NCBI GenBank assembly: GCA_965248695.1
Contig: CBDFKD010000002.1
Coordinates: 2,528,001-2,592,000, forward strand
Length of the DNA: 64,000 nucleotides
Direction of reading: 5' to 3'
Origin: Acidobacteriota bacterium
GTDB taxonomy: Bacteria; Acidobacteriota; UBA890; WLXD01
The position numbers and the translations under genes are program-made. The notes below the pieces were generated by a model that was not told the DNA's origin, searched no databases, and worked only from the letters and a program-made list of their open reading frames with translations. Shown here piece after piece: positions 9,692-18,528 of this stretch (positions are counted from its first letter, which is position 1; the number at the start of each line of letters is the position of its first letter).

Positions 9692-10768
9692 TTACATTCC
9701 CCCGTCGAGCACCTCGTACGCGCGCTCGACCTCGGGCAACCGGGCCCCGATCTCCGCGAGCCGGGGGAATACTCCCGCGTGGCCGCGCAGATCCACCCGA
9801 TCGGCGGCTTCCTGCGCGGAAACGCCCTGCTCGTGCAACGCGGCAGTGCTCGTCCAGAAGTCGCGCAGGTATGCCTGCCACTGATCGATCATCTCGAGGT
9901 CGTGGATGGCACGCCCGTGCGCCGGCAGCATGACGTCGAACTCCAGCGCCTTGAACCGCTCCAGGGTGTCGGCCCACTCCCCGGCGTAGGCGTCGCCCAT
10001 CCACGGGAGCCCCTCGGTGAGCAGATCCCCGGTTATCAGAACCCGTTCATCGGGGAGGTAGACCACGATGTCTCCCCCGGTGTGGCCGCGCCCGAGAAAC
10101 TGCAGCTGGATCTCGCGTCCACCGCGGTGCAGCGTCATCCGATCGGTCATCGTCAAGTTCGGCGGAGTCGGGACGACCGAGTCCATCGCCAGCTTCGTGT
10201 TGCGCAGGACTTCGAGCTGGTGACGCGCGTCCCCAGCTCCATCGGCCTCCTCTATGGCAGCCAGCTCGGCTTCGAGCGCCTCGATTCGTCCCGGCATGAA
10301 CCCGGCAAAGTAGTCCAGTGTCCGTCCCCGATTCGAGTCTCCCGCGAGCACCGCCTGACGGGTGAACTCGTGGCCGATGATCTCCACGTCGTCGCCGTAA
10401 ATCTCGTTGCCGTGCAGATGGTCGAAGTGGAAGTGCGTGTTGACGACGTAGCGCACCGGCTTGTCGGTGATCGCCTTCAGCTCGCCCAGCAGGGCCCACG
10501 CTGCGGCCGGAGAAACGTGCGACTCCACCAGCAGCACGTCGCTTTCGTTGACCACGACTACGGCGTTGCACCACGCACCCAGATTCCCCGTTTCGACGGC
10601 CAAGTAGATGTCGTCCGAGATCGGAACGAACTCGAAGGCTGCACCCTCGTAATCGGAGCCGGCGGGTGGCGTTGCGTCTGCGGGTGGAGATTCGGGTACC
10701 GGCGGCGGCGAACAGGCCGCCGGCAGCGCGACGAGGAGGATCGAGAGCAACACCGCGCGTCTGACCAT
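9692..10768 (-). CDS. MBL-fold metallo-hydrolase, lipoprotein
   Basis: NTHFHFDHLHGN, GHTGGD, TGD, PAHG; lipobox-like LPAAC; GGAGG RBS before ATG 10768. Confidence 0.85.
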   Translation of the reverse strand: MVRRAVLLSILLVALPAACSPPPVPESPPADATPPAGSDYEGAAFEFVPISDDIYLAVETGNLGAWCNAVVVVNESDVLLVESHVSPAAAWALLGELKAITDKPVRYVVNTHFHFDHLHGNEIYGDDVEIIGHEFTRQAVLAGDSNRGRTLDYFAGFMPGRIEALEAELAAIEEADGAGDARHQLEVLRNTKLAMDSVVPTPPNLTMTDRMTLHRGGREIQLQFLGRGHTGGDIVVYLPDERVLITGDLLTEGLPWMGDAYAGEWADTLERFKALEFDVMLPAHGRAIHDLEMIDQWQAYLRDFWTSTAALHEQGVSAQEAADRVDLRGHAGVFPRLAEIGARLPEVERAYEVLDGGM

Positions 10769-10933
10769 CTCCACCTCCGTCCCTGAAAGTCTTCCGGACC
10801 GTCTGCCACATCGACACGGACGGGCCACGGTACTGGTCGCAGCGGATCCGGGTCAACGGGCGTCGACCGCACCGGTCCGCCCCCAACATCGGCGGCTTCT
10901 CTCTAGTTGTCCATCGGTACTAGCTGATATGTC

Positions 10934-10950
10934 TGTTATTATTCTATGAA
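10934..10950 (+). promoter_or_regulatory. Possible extended -10 promoter giving a leaderless transcript
   Basis: TG-n-TATTAT at 10934-10942 in a locally AT-rich patch, 8 nt before ATG 10951, with no Shine-Dalgarno sequence. Confidence 0.35.
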
Positions 10951-11457
10951 ATGAGTGTTTTTGACCTCCAAGAGTCACTGAAACGGGCCGAACGGCGGCT
11001 GGGAAGCGCTCCGACCTCCCGCAAGCCAAGGCGAGATCGGGGTAGATCGCGGCTCGCCCCGGCGGTGCTCGCCAAGCTGGAGGAGTTGCTGGCGGGGCAA
11101 GAACGCCCGGCGGTGCGGACGATCATGCGGGCTCTGGGCGACCATTGCCAGGCCCTGGGCCTGCGCCCGCCAGCCCGGGCGACGATCTACCAGTCGATGG
11201 CGCGCATCCCGGCGCGTAGCTACGCAATCGACGATCTGCCAGCGGCAGCCCGGGAGACGCTCTACAACCTGCCCGGCGCCGGACACGTGCCGGGGCACCA
11301 GCTCGTCTTCTACTGCCTCAACTACGGCGGACTCAAGGCGGTGAGCTTCGCCGCCGGTATGCCCTGGCTGGCGCTCTACCAGGCCGCGCGGCTGCCGGGA
11401 TGGCGGTCACGGAGCCAGGGACTTCTCGCGGCGATCCGCCGCGTCCGCGGCATCTAG
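10951..11457 (+). CDS. Hypothetical DNA-binding protein, putative antitoxin (TniA/Mu-like HTH N-terminus)
   Basis: RRDRGRSRL...C..LGLRPPARATIY resembles a TniA/TnsB DNA-binding HTH. No DDE domain. Upstream of the nucleotidyltransferase gene. Confidence 0.6.
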   Translation: MSVFDLQESLKRAERRLGSAPTSRKPRRDRGRSRLAPAVLAKLEELLAGQERPAVRTIMRALGDHCQALGLRPPARATIYQSMARIPARSYAIDDLPAAARETLYNLPGAGHVPGHQLVFYCLNYGGLKAVSFAAGMPWLALYQAARLPGWRSRSQGLLAAIRRVRGI

Positions 11458-11729
11458 CAGGCCGTGGTGGAAGTGTGGCGGGCCTGGCGACAGGGCCTTG
11501 CGAGGTGGAGGCAAGGAGAGAGGAGGAGGCGATGGTTACCCCATCGTTGACGACGAACGACACAGCATTACGCGCGCAACCCCCTGTCGCCCAAAGGGTT
11601 GCGGCGATTTGGGGCCATCTGCGGCGTTGGCCCTCCTCGACGATGGCTAGGGCATCGGCTGCGTCAGGCCGCCTCACATCTGGCCCCAACTCGTCGCAAC
11701 CAGACCCGCCACACTTCCACCACGGCCTG
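11458..11729. mobile_element. MITE-like element, 272 bp, 25-bp perfect terminal inverted repeat, CTAG duplication
   Basis: CAGGCCGTGGTGGAAGTGTGGCGGG at 11458-11482 and its exact reverse complement at 11705-11729; CTAG at 11454-11457 and 11730-11733; no coding capacity. Confidence 0.85.
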
Positions 11730-11737
11730 CTAGCCCG

Positions 11738-12418
11738 ATGAGCCCCTATCGACCTGAGCAGGTCATTCCGCAGCAACTCCGCAAGATCGTCGAGCCGATC
11801 CCGTACTGGTTCGTGATCGGCGGCCATGCCGTTCGTTGCCTGTGTCCGTACCGACCTACGCGTGACGTCGACTTCGGAGTCCGGGAGGCCAGCTCGATCG
11901 ATGCGCTTGTCGAGGAGCTGCAGCGGAGCGGCGACACCGAGATTCTCGAACGCGGCGACGACACGGTCCACTTGCGATGGGACGGCATCGACGTGTCGAT
12001 CTTCTTGCTCGAGGGGATCGCCAGCTTTACCGAAGAGCGCCGTCTGAGCGTCGAGGGCATCCTGGCTACGAAGCTCCATGCCATCATCGATCGCGGCACG
12101 CGGAGGGATTTCTTCGATCTCTACGTCACCTTGCAGGACCAGCAGCTCGGGATCGCCGAGTGCCTCCGTGCGCTCCGCACCGTCTACCAGCAGGACATCA
12201 ACGACTCCCTGGTGCTGCGGGCGCTGACATATTTCCACGACGCCGATCGGGAAGCTCCGATCCCCGGCGAAGGCGAACGCGACTGGGAGCAGGTGCAGGA
12301 CTTCTTCCTGTCGCGCGTCGGTCAGCTCCTGGTGCCACCCGCAGTCCTGCTGGAGATCCAGCGGCTGCGGATCGATGTCAGCGAGGGCGAAGAGCCGACG
12401 ATCAGATCGTCCGGTTGA
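11738..12418 (+). CDS. AbiEii/AbiGii-family nucleotidyltransferase (putative toxin)
   Basis: FVIGGHAV, R.TRDVDF, ATKLHAIIDRGTRRDFFDLY, ALTYF.DA, WEQV..FF. Confidence 0.85.
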   Translation: MSPYRPEQVIPQQLRKIVEPIPYWFVIGGHAVRCLCPYRPTRDVDFGVREASSIDALVEELQRSGDTEILERGDDTVHLRWDGIDVSIFLLEGIASFTEERRLSVEGILATKLHAIIDRGTRRDFFDLYVTLQDQQLGIAECLRALRTVYQQDINDSLVLRALTYFHDADREAPIPGEGERDWEQVQDFFLSRVGQLLVPPAVLLEIQRLRIDVSEGEEPTIRSSG

Positions 12419-12443
12419 GGCGCGTCCAGCAGAGGCTCGGAAG

Positions 12444-13967
12444 TCAGGCGGTGCCCACGAGCTCTTTCATGTACCACTCGACGAAGCTCGACGGGCCACC
12501 TTCGGCGCGCGTATACACGCCGGCGCCATAGCCGCCGGAACGGACGCCGGCGTGATTGTTTTCCACTACCCAGATGTCTTCCTGGATGGTGACGTGCCAC
12601 AGCGCCTTCACCGCCTCCGTGTCGTAGTCGCGACCCTCTACGGCGTCGGGATGCACTAGCCACATGAGCTCACAGTCGGTGAACTCGGCGTCCCGCGGCG
12701 TGAACCGAGCGATACCGATGTGGTCGTCGTAGCACTGGGCGTAGAAGGAGTAGAAGCGCGTGCCGGAGATGCGCGTGCCGTAGGTCCACTCCTTGATGTT
12801 GGGTAGCAACGGCGCCACGGGCTTGCCGTCGAGCGAGCCGGTCTTGAAGCCCGGGTTGAGGTTGCCGCCCATGCTCGACTCGTACTCCGACGCGCCGCCC
12901 ATACCGGCCTCGTCGGAGATCACGCGCTTGCCCTCCGGGGTCACCCAAGCGGCCACCTGAGTGTTGCGTTCGGCGCGCTGCTCCGACGTCATCTCGGCGT
13001 CCCAGTTGTGCGTCGTGACCAGCGATTTGTGCGACGGACCGCAGTGGTAGCACTCCTGGAAGTTCTCCAGCGCCAGCTTCCAGTTCGCATGGATGGCGTA
13101 GGTGTCGCGCACCGCTACCTTGAGATCGGCGGTGCCGTAGTACTGCAACACCGGACGGATGTCGTTGCCGACCTGCTCCTCGAAGTCCGGTGGCTCGTCG
13201 GCAGACAGGTGCACGAAGATGTTGCCCTCGGCAATCTTCAGGTGGCAGGGGACAAGCCCGTTGGCGGCCGGATCGAAGTCGTCCTGCATGCCGTAGGCGT
13301 AGATCAGCGCGCCATCCGTGTCGTACGTCCAGGCGTGGTACGGGCAACGGAACACCGGGCTGCTGCCGCTCTCGCCCAGTTGCTTCACCGACAGCCGTGG
13401 GTCACTCGGGACGGTGTCGGCGTCGTGGCGGCACAACCTAGAGCCACGGTGCCGACAGACGTTATGGAAAGCGTTGATGTCACCGGCCTGGTTGCGCACC
13501 ACGATGACGCTCTCGTTGCGCCCGAACTGATAGACGAAGTAGTCGCCGGCGTTCGGAATGCGGCTGACGTGATCGGCGAACATCCACTGGTTTTCTTTGA
13601 GGAACGCCTCGTCGCGCTCGTAGTTCTCCTGACCGACGTAGTACTCGGCCGGAATCGTCGTGCCGGGCTGCCAGCCGCTGGCGTACCGCTTGGCCGTCGC
13701 GGGCGTGGGCGCAACGATCGATTCCGCTCCGCTGCCGCCATAGCCCACGGCCTTCGGCGGCGGTGCGATCCGATGGGCGACCGGCTTCTTCGTAGCAGTG
13801 GCCGCGTTGGTCGCGGCACGAGGCTTCGTCAACGCCTCGGCGCGGACGGCGCCAGGAAGCGCGACCGCTGCGGCGCCGGCGGCGACAGACGACTTCGCGA
13901 AGTCGCGACGACTGACCTTGTTTGCCTCTGCCTCGTTGCTGCCGTTCTTGTGCCCGCCGTCGCTCAT
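12444..13967 (-). CDS. Rieske non-heme iron oxygenase alpha subunit (GbcA/Stc2-like) with Tat signal
   Basis: CRHRG...CPYHAWTY Rieske site; NWKL..ENFQECYHC..SH and QED iron site; SRRDFAK followed by an Ala-rich h-region; AGGAG RBS before ATG 13967. Confidence 0.85.
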   Translation of the reverse strand: MSDGGHKNGSNEAEANKVSRRDFAKSSVAAGAAAVALPGAVRAEALTKPRAATNAATATKKPVAHRIAPPPKAVGYGGSGAESIVAPTPATAKRYASGWQPGTTIPAEYYVGQENYERDEAFLKENQWMFADHVSRIPNAGDYFVYQFGRNESVIVVRNQAGDINAFHNVCRHRGSRLCRHDADTVPSDPRLSVKQLGESGSSPVFRCPYHAWTYDTDGALIYAYGMQDDFDPAANGLVPCHLKIAEGNIFVHLSADEPPDFEEQVGNDIRPVLQYYGTADLKVAVRDTYAIHANWKLALENFQECYHCGPSHKSLVTTHNWDAEMTSEQRAERNTQVAAWVTPEGKRVISDEAGMGGASEYESSMGGNLNPGFKTGSLDGKPVAPLLPNIKEWTYGTRISGTRFYSFYAQCYDDHIGIARFTPRDAEFTDCELMWLVHPDAVEGRDYDTEAVKALWHVTIQEDIWVVENNHAGVRSGGYGAGVYTRAEGGPSSFVEWYMKELVGTA

Positions 13968-14052
13968 CTCGTCTCCTGCCTGTCTACTGTGCACGTTGCC
14001 GATGGACCGAATACTAGTATGCGGGTACCGCTTCCGGGCCTGGACCTCGAGA

Positions 14053-14940
14053 TCATCTGCCATCGTGCCGTCGATGGCTCATGGTCTCCCGCTGCAGGAT
14101 GTACAGCCCGCTACCCACGATAACGACCGAGCCGGTAACCACGGCGGCGTCGGGCAGGTCGCCCCAGATGGCGAACCCGAACAGGATGCCCCAGAACAGG
14201 CCGGTGTAGTCGAACGGCGCCAGCACCGCGGCGGGCGCCAGCCGATATGCCTGGGCCAGCGTCATCAGAACTCCGACGGTGAGCAGCCCCAGCGCCATCA
14301 GCAACGCCAGATCGGTCGCCGTCGGCGTGATCCATTGCGCTGGCATGAAGAACGCCGTGACCGCCGCCGCACCGAGTATGTCGAACATTACGATCGCCAG
14401 GTTGCTCTCGGTCCGGCTGAGCGCGCGCTGGCTCAGCATCAGCAGCGAATGAAAGACCGCCGCGCCCAGGGCGAACCCGGCGCCGGAGCTGAGAACGCCG
14501 CTGCCCGGGCGCACGATCAGCAGCACCCCGACAAAGCCGACGAGCACGGCTCCCCAGCGGTGAACGCCGACACGCTCGCCGAGCAACGGACCCGACAGGG
14601 CGGCGACGAAAAGCGGCCCCGCAAAGGTGACCGCGATGGCATCGGCGAGCTCCATCTGCGCCACCGCCAGCATGAAGCACACCATGCTCCCGATACTCAA
14701 CAGCGACCGGCCGAGCCGCAGCGGCAGACGACGCGTTCGCAGGCTAGCCCAGCCGGTCGTGTAGCGGGAGAAAACCGCCAGGAGCAACGCCGCGAGCACG
14801 AACCGTATGAACGCGATCTGCAGGAGCGGATAGTTCGGAACCAGCCACTTCAGCAGCGCATCGGTCAGGGTGAGCTGCAGCATGCCGAACGCCACCCAGT
14901 CGATTCCGACGCGGGTTTGCCATTGCTCGGCGGTGGTCAT
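14053..14940 (-). CDS. DMT/EamA family transporter
   Basis: About 10 hydrophobic segments; LLGERVG..RW.AV..GF.G.L.I.RPG; APFDYT. Confidence 0.9.
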   Translation of the reverse strand: MTTAEQWQTRVGIDWVAFGMLQLTLTDALLKWLVPNYPLLQIAFIRFVLAALLLAVFSRYTTGWASLRTRRLPLRLGRSLLSIGSMVCFMLAVAQMELADAIAVTFAGPLFVAALSGPLLGERVGVHRWGAVLVGFVGVLLIVRPGSGVLSSGAGFALGAAVFHSLLMLSQRALSRTESNLAIVMFDILGAAAVTAFFMPAQWITPTATDLALLMALGLLTVGVLMTLAQAYRLAPAAVLAPFDYTGLFWGILFGFAIWGDLPDAAVVTGSVVIVGSGLYILQRETMSHRRHDGR

Positions 14941-15014
14941 GGGCGACGATGGTAGCGCTCAGTCCGCTGCTCCACGGCTGCTCGGCGTGAGGCCCGTCCA
15001 AGAAGAGCGAACAC

Positions 15015-16043
15015 TCAGGGCCATCGCAGATCCACCACCACACCACCGTGATCGCTGGGGAAGACGCGGTCCGCCTGGGGAATAGACGCGTTCTCGAGCA
15101 CCAGCGGGATGACCGTTGCAGCTACCGGCTGCAGTCGCGCCGCGCCCGCCGTCTGAAGAACATAGAGCCGATCGATGCGATCGGCGGTCTCGGGTTGCTC
15201 GGCGGTGCCACGCAGGAGCGGTGACCAGGTGATGCCGGGAGACTGAACCGGGTCCGGATACAGCTGGCGAAAGGCGTCGGCGAACCCAGCGTCCGACATG
15301 GCTCGACTGACGGGAAGATCGAGCGGCCGGCGAAAACGAAAGACCTTGGCCGCGTCGGCGGTCCAGTCCAGGTGCGAGGGCGAGTTCCAATCGCCACCGA
15401 CAAGCAGCGGGACGTCCCCGTTGGTGTGCCCCATCCGGTTCAGGTGCTCGATCAGCGCCGTCGCCTGTCGAAACCGGCCGGAGCGCTCCGTCTCGTCCAG
15501 CAGCAGCGACTCGTCGGATACAGCCGGCTCGTCACGCAGGTGATACGGGGCGTACGCCGCCGAGTCGATCCAGATCGAGTAGGCGACGAACGCGCGACCC
15601 AGATCATCCACCACCCGCGCACCGACGCCATGCCAGTCTTCGTGGAAGAAGGTCTGATCGATCTCCAGCCGAGTCAGCACGCACAGGTGCCGGCTGTCGC
15701 CTTGCCAAGCGTTCCACCCCAGCTCTGCAGCCAGCCAGCGACCGAGCGTCGCTCGATCGCCATCGATTTCGTAGCTCTCCTGGAGCAGCACGATATCGGG
15801 TCGCACGGCGCGAATCACAGCGAGCGTTTTCTCCGGACCATCGGTGAAGTTGGTGGCGCCGTACTGGACGTTCCACACCAGCACTCGAAGATCGCCACGG
15901 CGAGGGACCTCTACGAGCTCCCTTACTGCGGCATCTGACTGAATGATGGGCTCACCGAACAGAGCCGCCGTACCCGCCGTCAGAGCGAGCATGCCCGCGA
16001 GCAGGATCTTCGTTCGGTTGGTCGTCGTCGCAGTTGCTCTCAT
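15015..16043 (-). CDS. Secreted endonuclease/exonuclease/phosphatase family protein
   Basis: VWNV, PDIVLLQE, GGDWNSPSH, RIDRLY, PSDH; N-terminal signal peptide. Confidence 0.85.
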   Translation of the reverse strand: MRATATTTNRTKILLAGMLALTAGTAALFGEPIIQSDAAVRELVEVPRRGDLRVLVWNVQYGATNFTDGPEKTLAVIRAVRPDIVLLQESYEIDGDRATLGRWLAAELGWNAWQGDSRHLCVLTRLEIDQTFFHEDWHGVGARVVDDLGRAFVAYSIWIDSAAYAPYHLRDEPAVSDESLLLDETERSGRFRQATALIEHLNRMGHTNGDVPLLVGGDWNSPSHLDWTADAAKVFRFRRPLDLPVSRAMSDAGFADAFRQLYPDPVQSPGITWSPLLRGTAEQPETADRIDRLYVLQTAGAARLQPVAATVIPLVLENASIPQADRVFPSDHGGVVVDLRWP

Positions 16044-16130
16044 CGAAAACCCTCGGCTCCGCCGCCCGTCACCCTGGAAGGTCCAGAGCGTCGGCGTCTC
16101 CGGCACCTCGCGTATCTGTCAGCCGGATGT

Positions 16131-16247
16131 TCATTGGTCGAGCTCGATGCAGAGGGAGGCGTCGAGGGACGTCTGGCTCGTGGTCAGCGGCCCCGGCGTG
16201 AAGAGCGCCTTGTCCTTCCAACCGGGAAGCCGATGTCGCTCGGTCAT
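16131..16247 (-). pseudogene. phnW: 5' remnant of 2-aminoethylphosphonate:pyruvate transaminase
   Basis: ATGA overlap with the MFS stop. The 38-aa ORF MTERHRLPGWKDKALFTPGPLTTSQT|SLDASLCIELDQ* carries the PhnW N-terminal signature LFTPGPLTTS and lies in the phnX operon. Confidence 0.7.
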
Positions 16248-17581
16248 GGACGCTCACTCTGCAACGCGTCGGGGTGGCCTGGCGGCAAGTAATTCCAGCG
16301 CGCGGTGAGGAGGGCGGCACCGATCCACGCGAGGATCACGAACAGGTAGAAAAGTTGGTCCCAGCCGTATGCTTCGGTGACGTAGGCGACGAGGAACGGA
16401 GAGCATAGCTGGCCAAATGAGCCGACGCCGTTGATCACGCCGGCGGCCTTGCCGGCATGTGCGGCGCTGCCGACATCCTGAGCCGCGGCCCCCGACATCA
16501 GCGTGTCGGGGCCATAGGTGAGAACGCCGATGGCGGCAATCCACAGGGCTACGGACAGACGGCCACCGCTCGCTGCCAGCGGCTGTAGCAGACAGACGAA
16601 ACCAAGGCCCCAAAGCATGACCGCGCCCACCGGGAATCGTCGGGAGCCCAGGAGGCGATCGGATACATAGCCGGCAATGACGGCGCCGGCAAACCCAGCC
16701 AGCTGGTAGAGCGCCGAAGTGTAGCCCGCTTCGCCAGCCTCGTAGCCGATGCGCTCGGTCATGTAGAGAGGGAGCCAGAAGAGAAACGAGTAGCGCGTCA
16801 TCTTCAGGAAGAAGTACATCGCGGCAATGGGCCAGATACCGGGATCCGAGAGCATTGCGGCGAGCGCCTGGAGTGTCCCTGCTTTCGCCGGGCGATTGTC
16901 GGTCCGTGGCGGCGCGCTCGGGATCGGCGCGCCAGCAGCCACCACCGCGCTCACCACGAGGTCCGGCACACCGGCATCGGATGGGGTGTTGCGGCTGCCG
17001 AGCATGTAGATGAACGCGATCAACAACAGCAGTAGCGCCGGGACCCAGAAGGCGCGTCGCCATTGCCACTGCTGCAGAACACTGGCGTTGACCGCCCAGA
17101 AGGTTGCGAATACGGTCGCGAACGCGGCACCGAGCACGTAGCTCGTTCCCCACCAGGCCATCACCACCCCGCGCTCACGCCGTCGAAACCAGGGCGTCAT
17201 GTTCTTGATCAGTCCCGGCCACCCGGTGGATTGGCCGACGCCGTTGAGACCTCCGAGAACGGCGAACGCCAGCAACGACGCCGAGAAGCCCATGAGCAGA
17301 TTGCTCAGCACCGACACGCAAAGCCCGAGGCTGACGACCAATCGCGGGCCGTAGCGATCCACCCAGGCACCGCTGGCGAACTGGCCCAGCGCATACAGCA
17401 GGCTATAGAGCGTGATGACCGTGGCGAAGTCGAACTTGGTGTAGCCCAGGTCCGCGGCCATCAGCGGCATCGCGACGCTGAAGTTCAGCCGGCAGAAGTA
17501 GAAGCCGGCGTATGCCAGCCATGTGGCGGCGAAGACCCGCCTGCGCCAGGTCTTCTGTTCGCGGGTGAGAGCGGAGGTCAG
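16244..17581 (-). CDS. MFS transporter, organophosphate:Pi antiporter (GlpT/UhpC)-like
   Basis: The frame extends upstream of the ORF-track start as TSALTREQKTWRRRVFAATWLAYAGFYFCRLNFSVAM; also GQSTGWP, RERG..M.WW, K.TRYSFLFWLP.Y. Probable CTG start at 17581. Confidence 0.85.
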   Translation of the reverse strand: MTSALTREQKTWRRRVFAATWLAYAGFYFCRLNFSVAMPLMAADLGYTKFDFATVITLYSLLYALGQFASGAWVDRYGPRLVVSLGLCVSVLSNLLMGFSASLLAFAVLGGLNGVGQSTGWPGLIKNMTPWFRRRERGVVMAWWGTSYVLGAAFATVFATFWAVNASVLQQWQWRRAFWVPALLLLLIAFIYMLGSRNTPSDAGVPDLVVSAVVAAGAPIPSAPPRTDNRPAKAGTLQALAAMLSDPGIWPIAAMYFFLKMTRYSFLFWLPLYMTERIGYEAGEAGYTSALYQLAGFAGAVIAGYVSDRLLGSRRFPVGAVMLWGLGFVCLLQPLAASGGRLSVALWIAAIGVLTYGPDTLMSGAAAQDVGSAAHAGKAAGVINGVGSFGQLCSPFLVAYVTEAYGWDQLFYLFVILAWIGAALLTARWNYLPPGHPDALQSERP

Positions 17582-18408
17582 GGCTTTTCACCGCGCGTCA
17601 GTCGCGCCTCGATCTCGTCCAGGATCGGTGCGACGTCGGCGATTCCGTCCACCACATAGTGCGCCCCCGCCTGCGCCATGCGGTGATACGCATCGGCAAG
17701 GCGCTGGTCGCGAACGCCAGGCTCCAGTGAGTCGACCTCTGCCTCGGTCAGGCCGATCTCATTGCCGGTCTTGGCCAGGCCAATGGTCCACATCCCGGCG
17801 TTGAGACCCTCGAATATGTCTGGCAGCGTGTCGCCGATCTTGACGATCGCCTCCATCGGATAGACCTGCAGATCGAGAGCGTTCTTCAGGCACATCCAGG
17901 GATGGGGGCGTGCGGCCGGCACATCGGTTGCACAGACCGTGACGTCCGGCTCGTAGCCGCGTTTCTTGGCCTCAGACAGGAGCAGATCCATCATCTCGCC
18001 CGTATACCCGGTCGTTGATCCGATCTTCAGGCCACGCTCCCGGAAAGACGTAACGGCATCGACGGTACCGGGAATCAGATCCGCATAGTCGGCCAGACAG
18101 TCCATCTGCAGCGGGATGAACTGCTGAAACATGGCCTCGACGTCATCATCGGTCGGGGCGCGCCCGTGGACCTGCTCCCACACGGCGCGCACGTCGTCCA
18201 TTCGCGAGATCGCCTCTATGTGGACCTTCTTGTGGGCGCCCATCGGAATCCGCGCTTGCCCGATCGTGATCGGCACCTGCTGGCGCTTGAAGACCTCCAC
18301 GAACACCACCGCAGGGGCATAGCAGCCGTAGTCCAAGGTGGTGCCGGCCCAATCGAGGATGACGGCTTTCAAGCTGCCTCGGTAGGATCGTTGGAAGTAG
18401 AAATCCAC
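17578..18408 (-). CDS. phnX: Phosphonoacetaldehyde hydrolase
   Basis: AVILDWAGTT.DYG..AP, ARIPMGAHKK.HI (Schiff-base Lys), KIGSTTGY, KIGDT..DI.EG.NAGMW. Confidence 0.93.
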   Translation of the reverse strand: MDFYFQRSYRGSLKAVILDWAGTTLDYGCYAPAVVFVEVFKRQQVPITIGQARIPMGAHKKVHIEAISRMDDVRAVWEQVHGRAPTDDDVEAMFQQFIPLQMDCLADYADLIPGTVDAVTSFRERGLKIGSTTGYTGEMMDLLLSEAKKRGYEPDVTVCATDVPAARPHPWMCLKNALDLQVYPMEAIVKIGDTLPDIFEGLNAGMWTIGLAKTGNEIGLTEAEVDSLEPGVRDQRLADAYHRMAQAGAHYVVDGIADVAPILDEIEARLTRGEKP

Positions 18409-18528
18409 CAGTGTCCGTCCTGACTCCGTTCCGATACGTGTGTGGAGCAGCCAGAGTACCGGAGACGGCGAGGGCGGACCACGAGACCGCGTCCGCTCGG
18501 GCGCTGGCTTCAACCAGACCGGCGCGCC

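Noticed and set aside
11333-12238. ORFs 11400-11741 (+) and 11333-12238 (-)
   Set aside because: They span the MITE or are antisense to the nucleotidyltransferase; no protein motifs.
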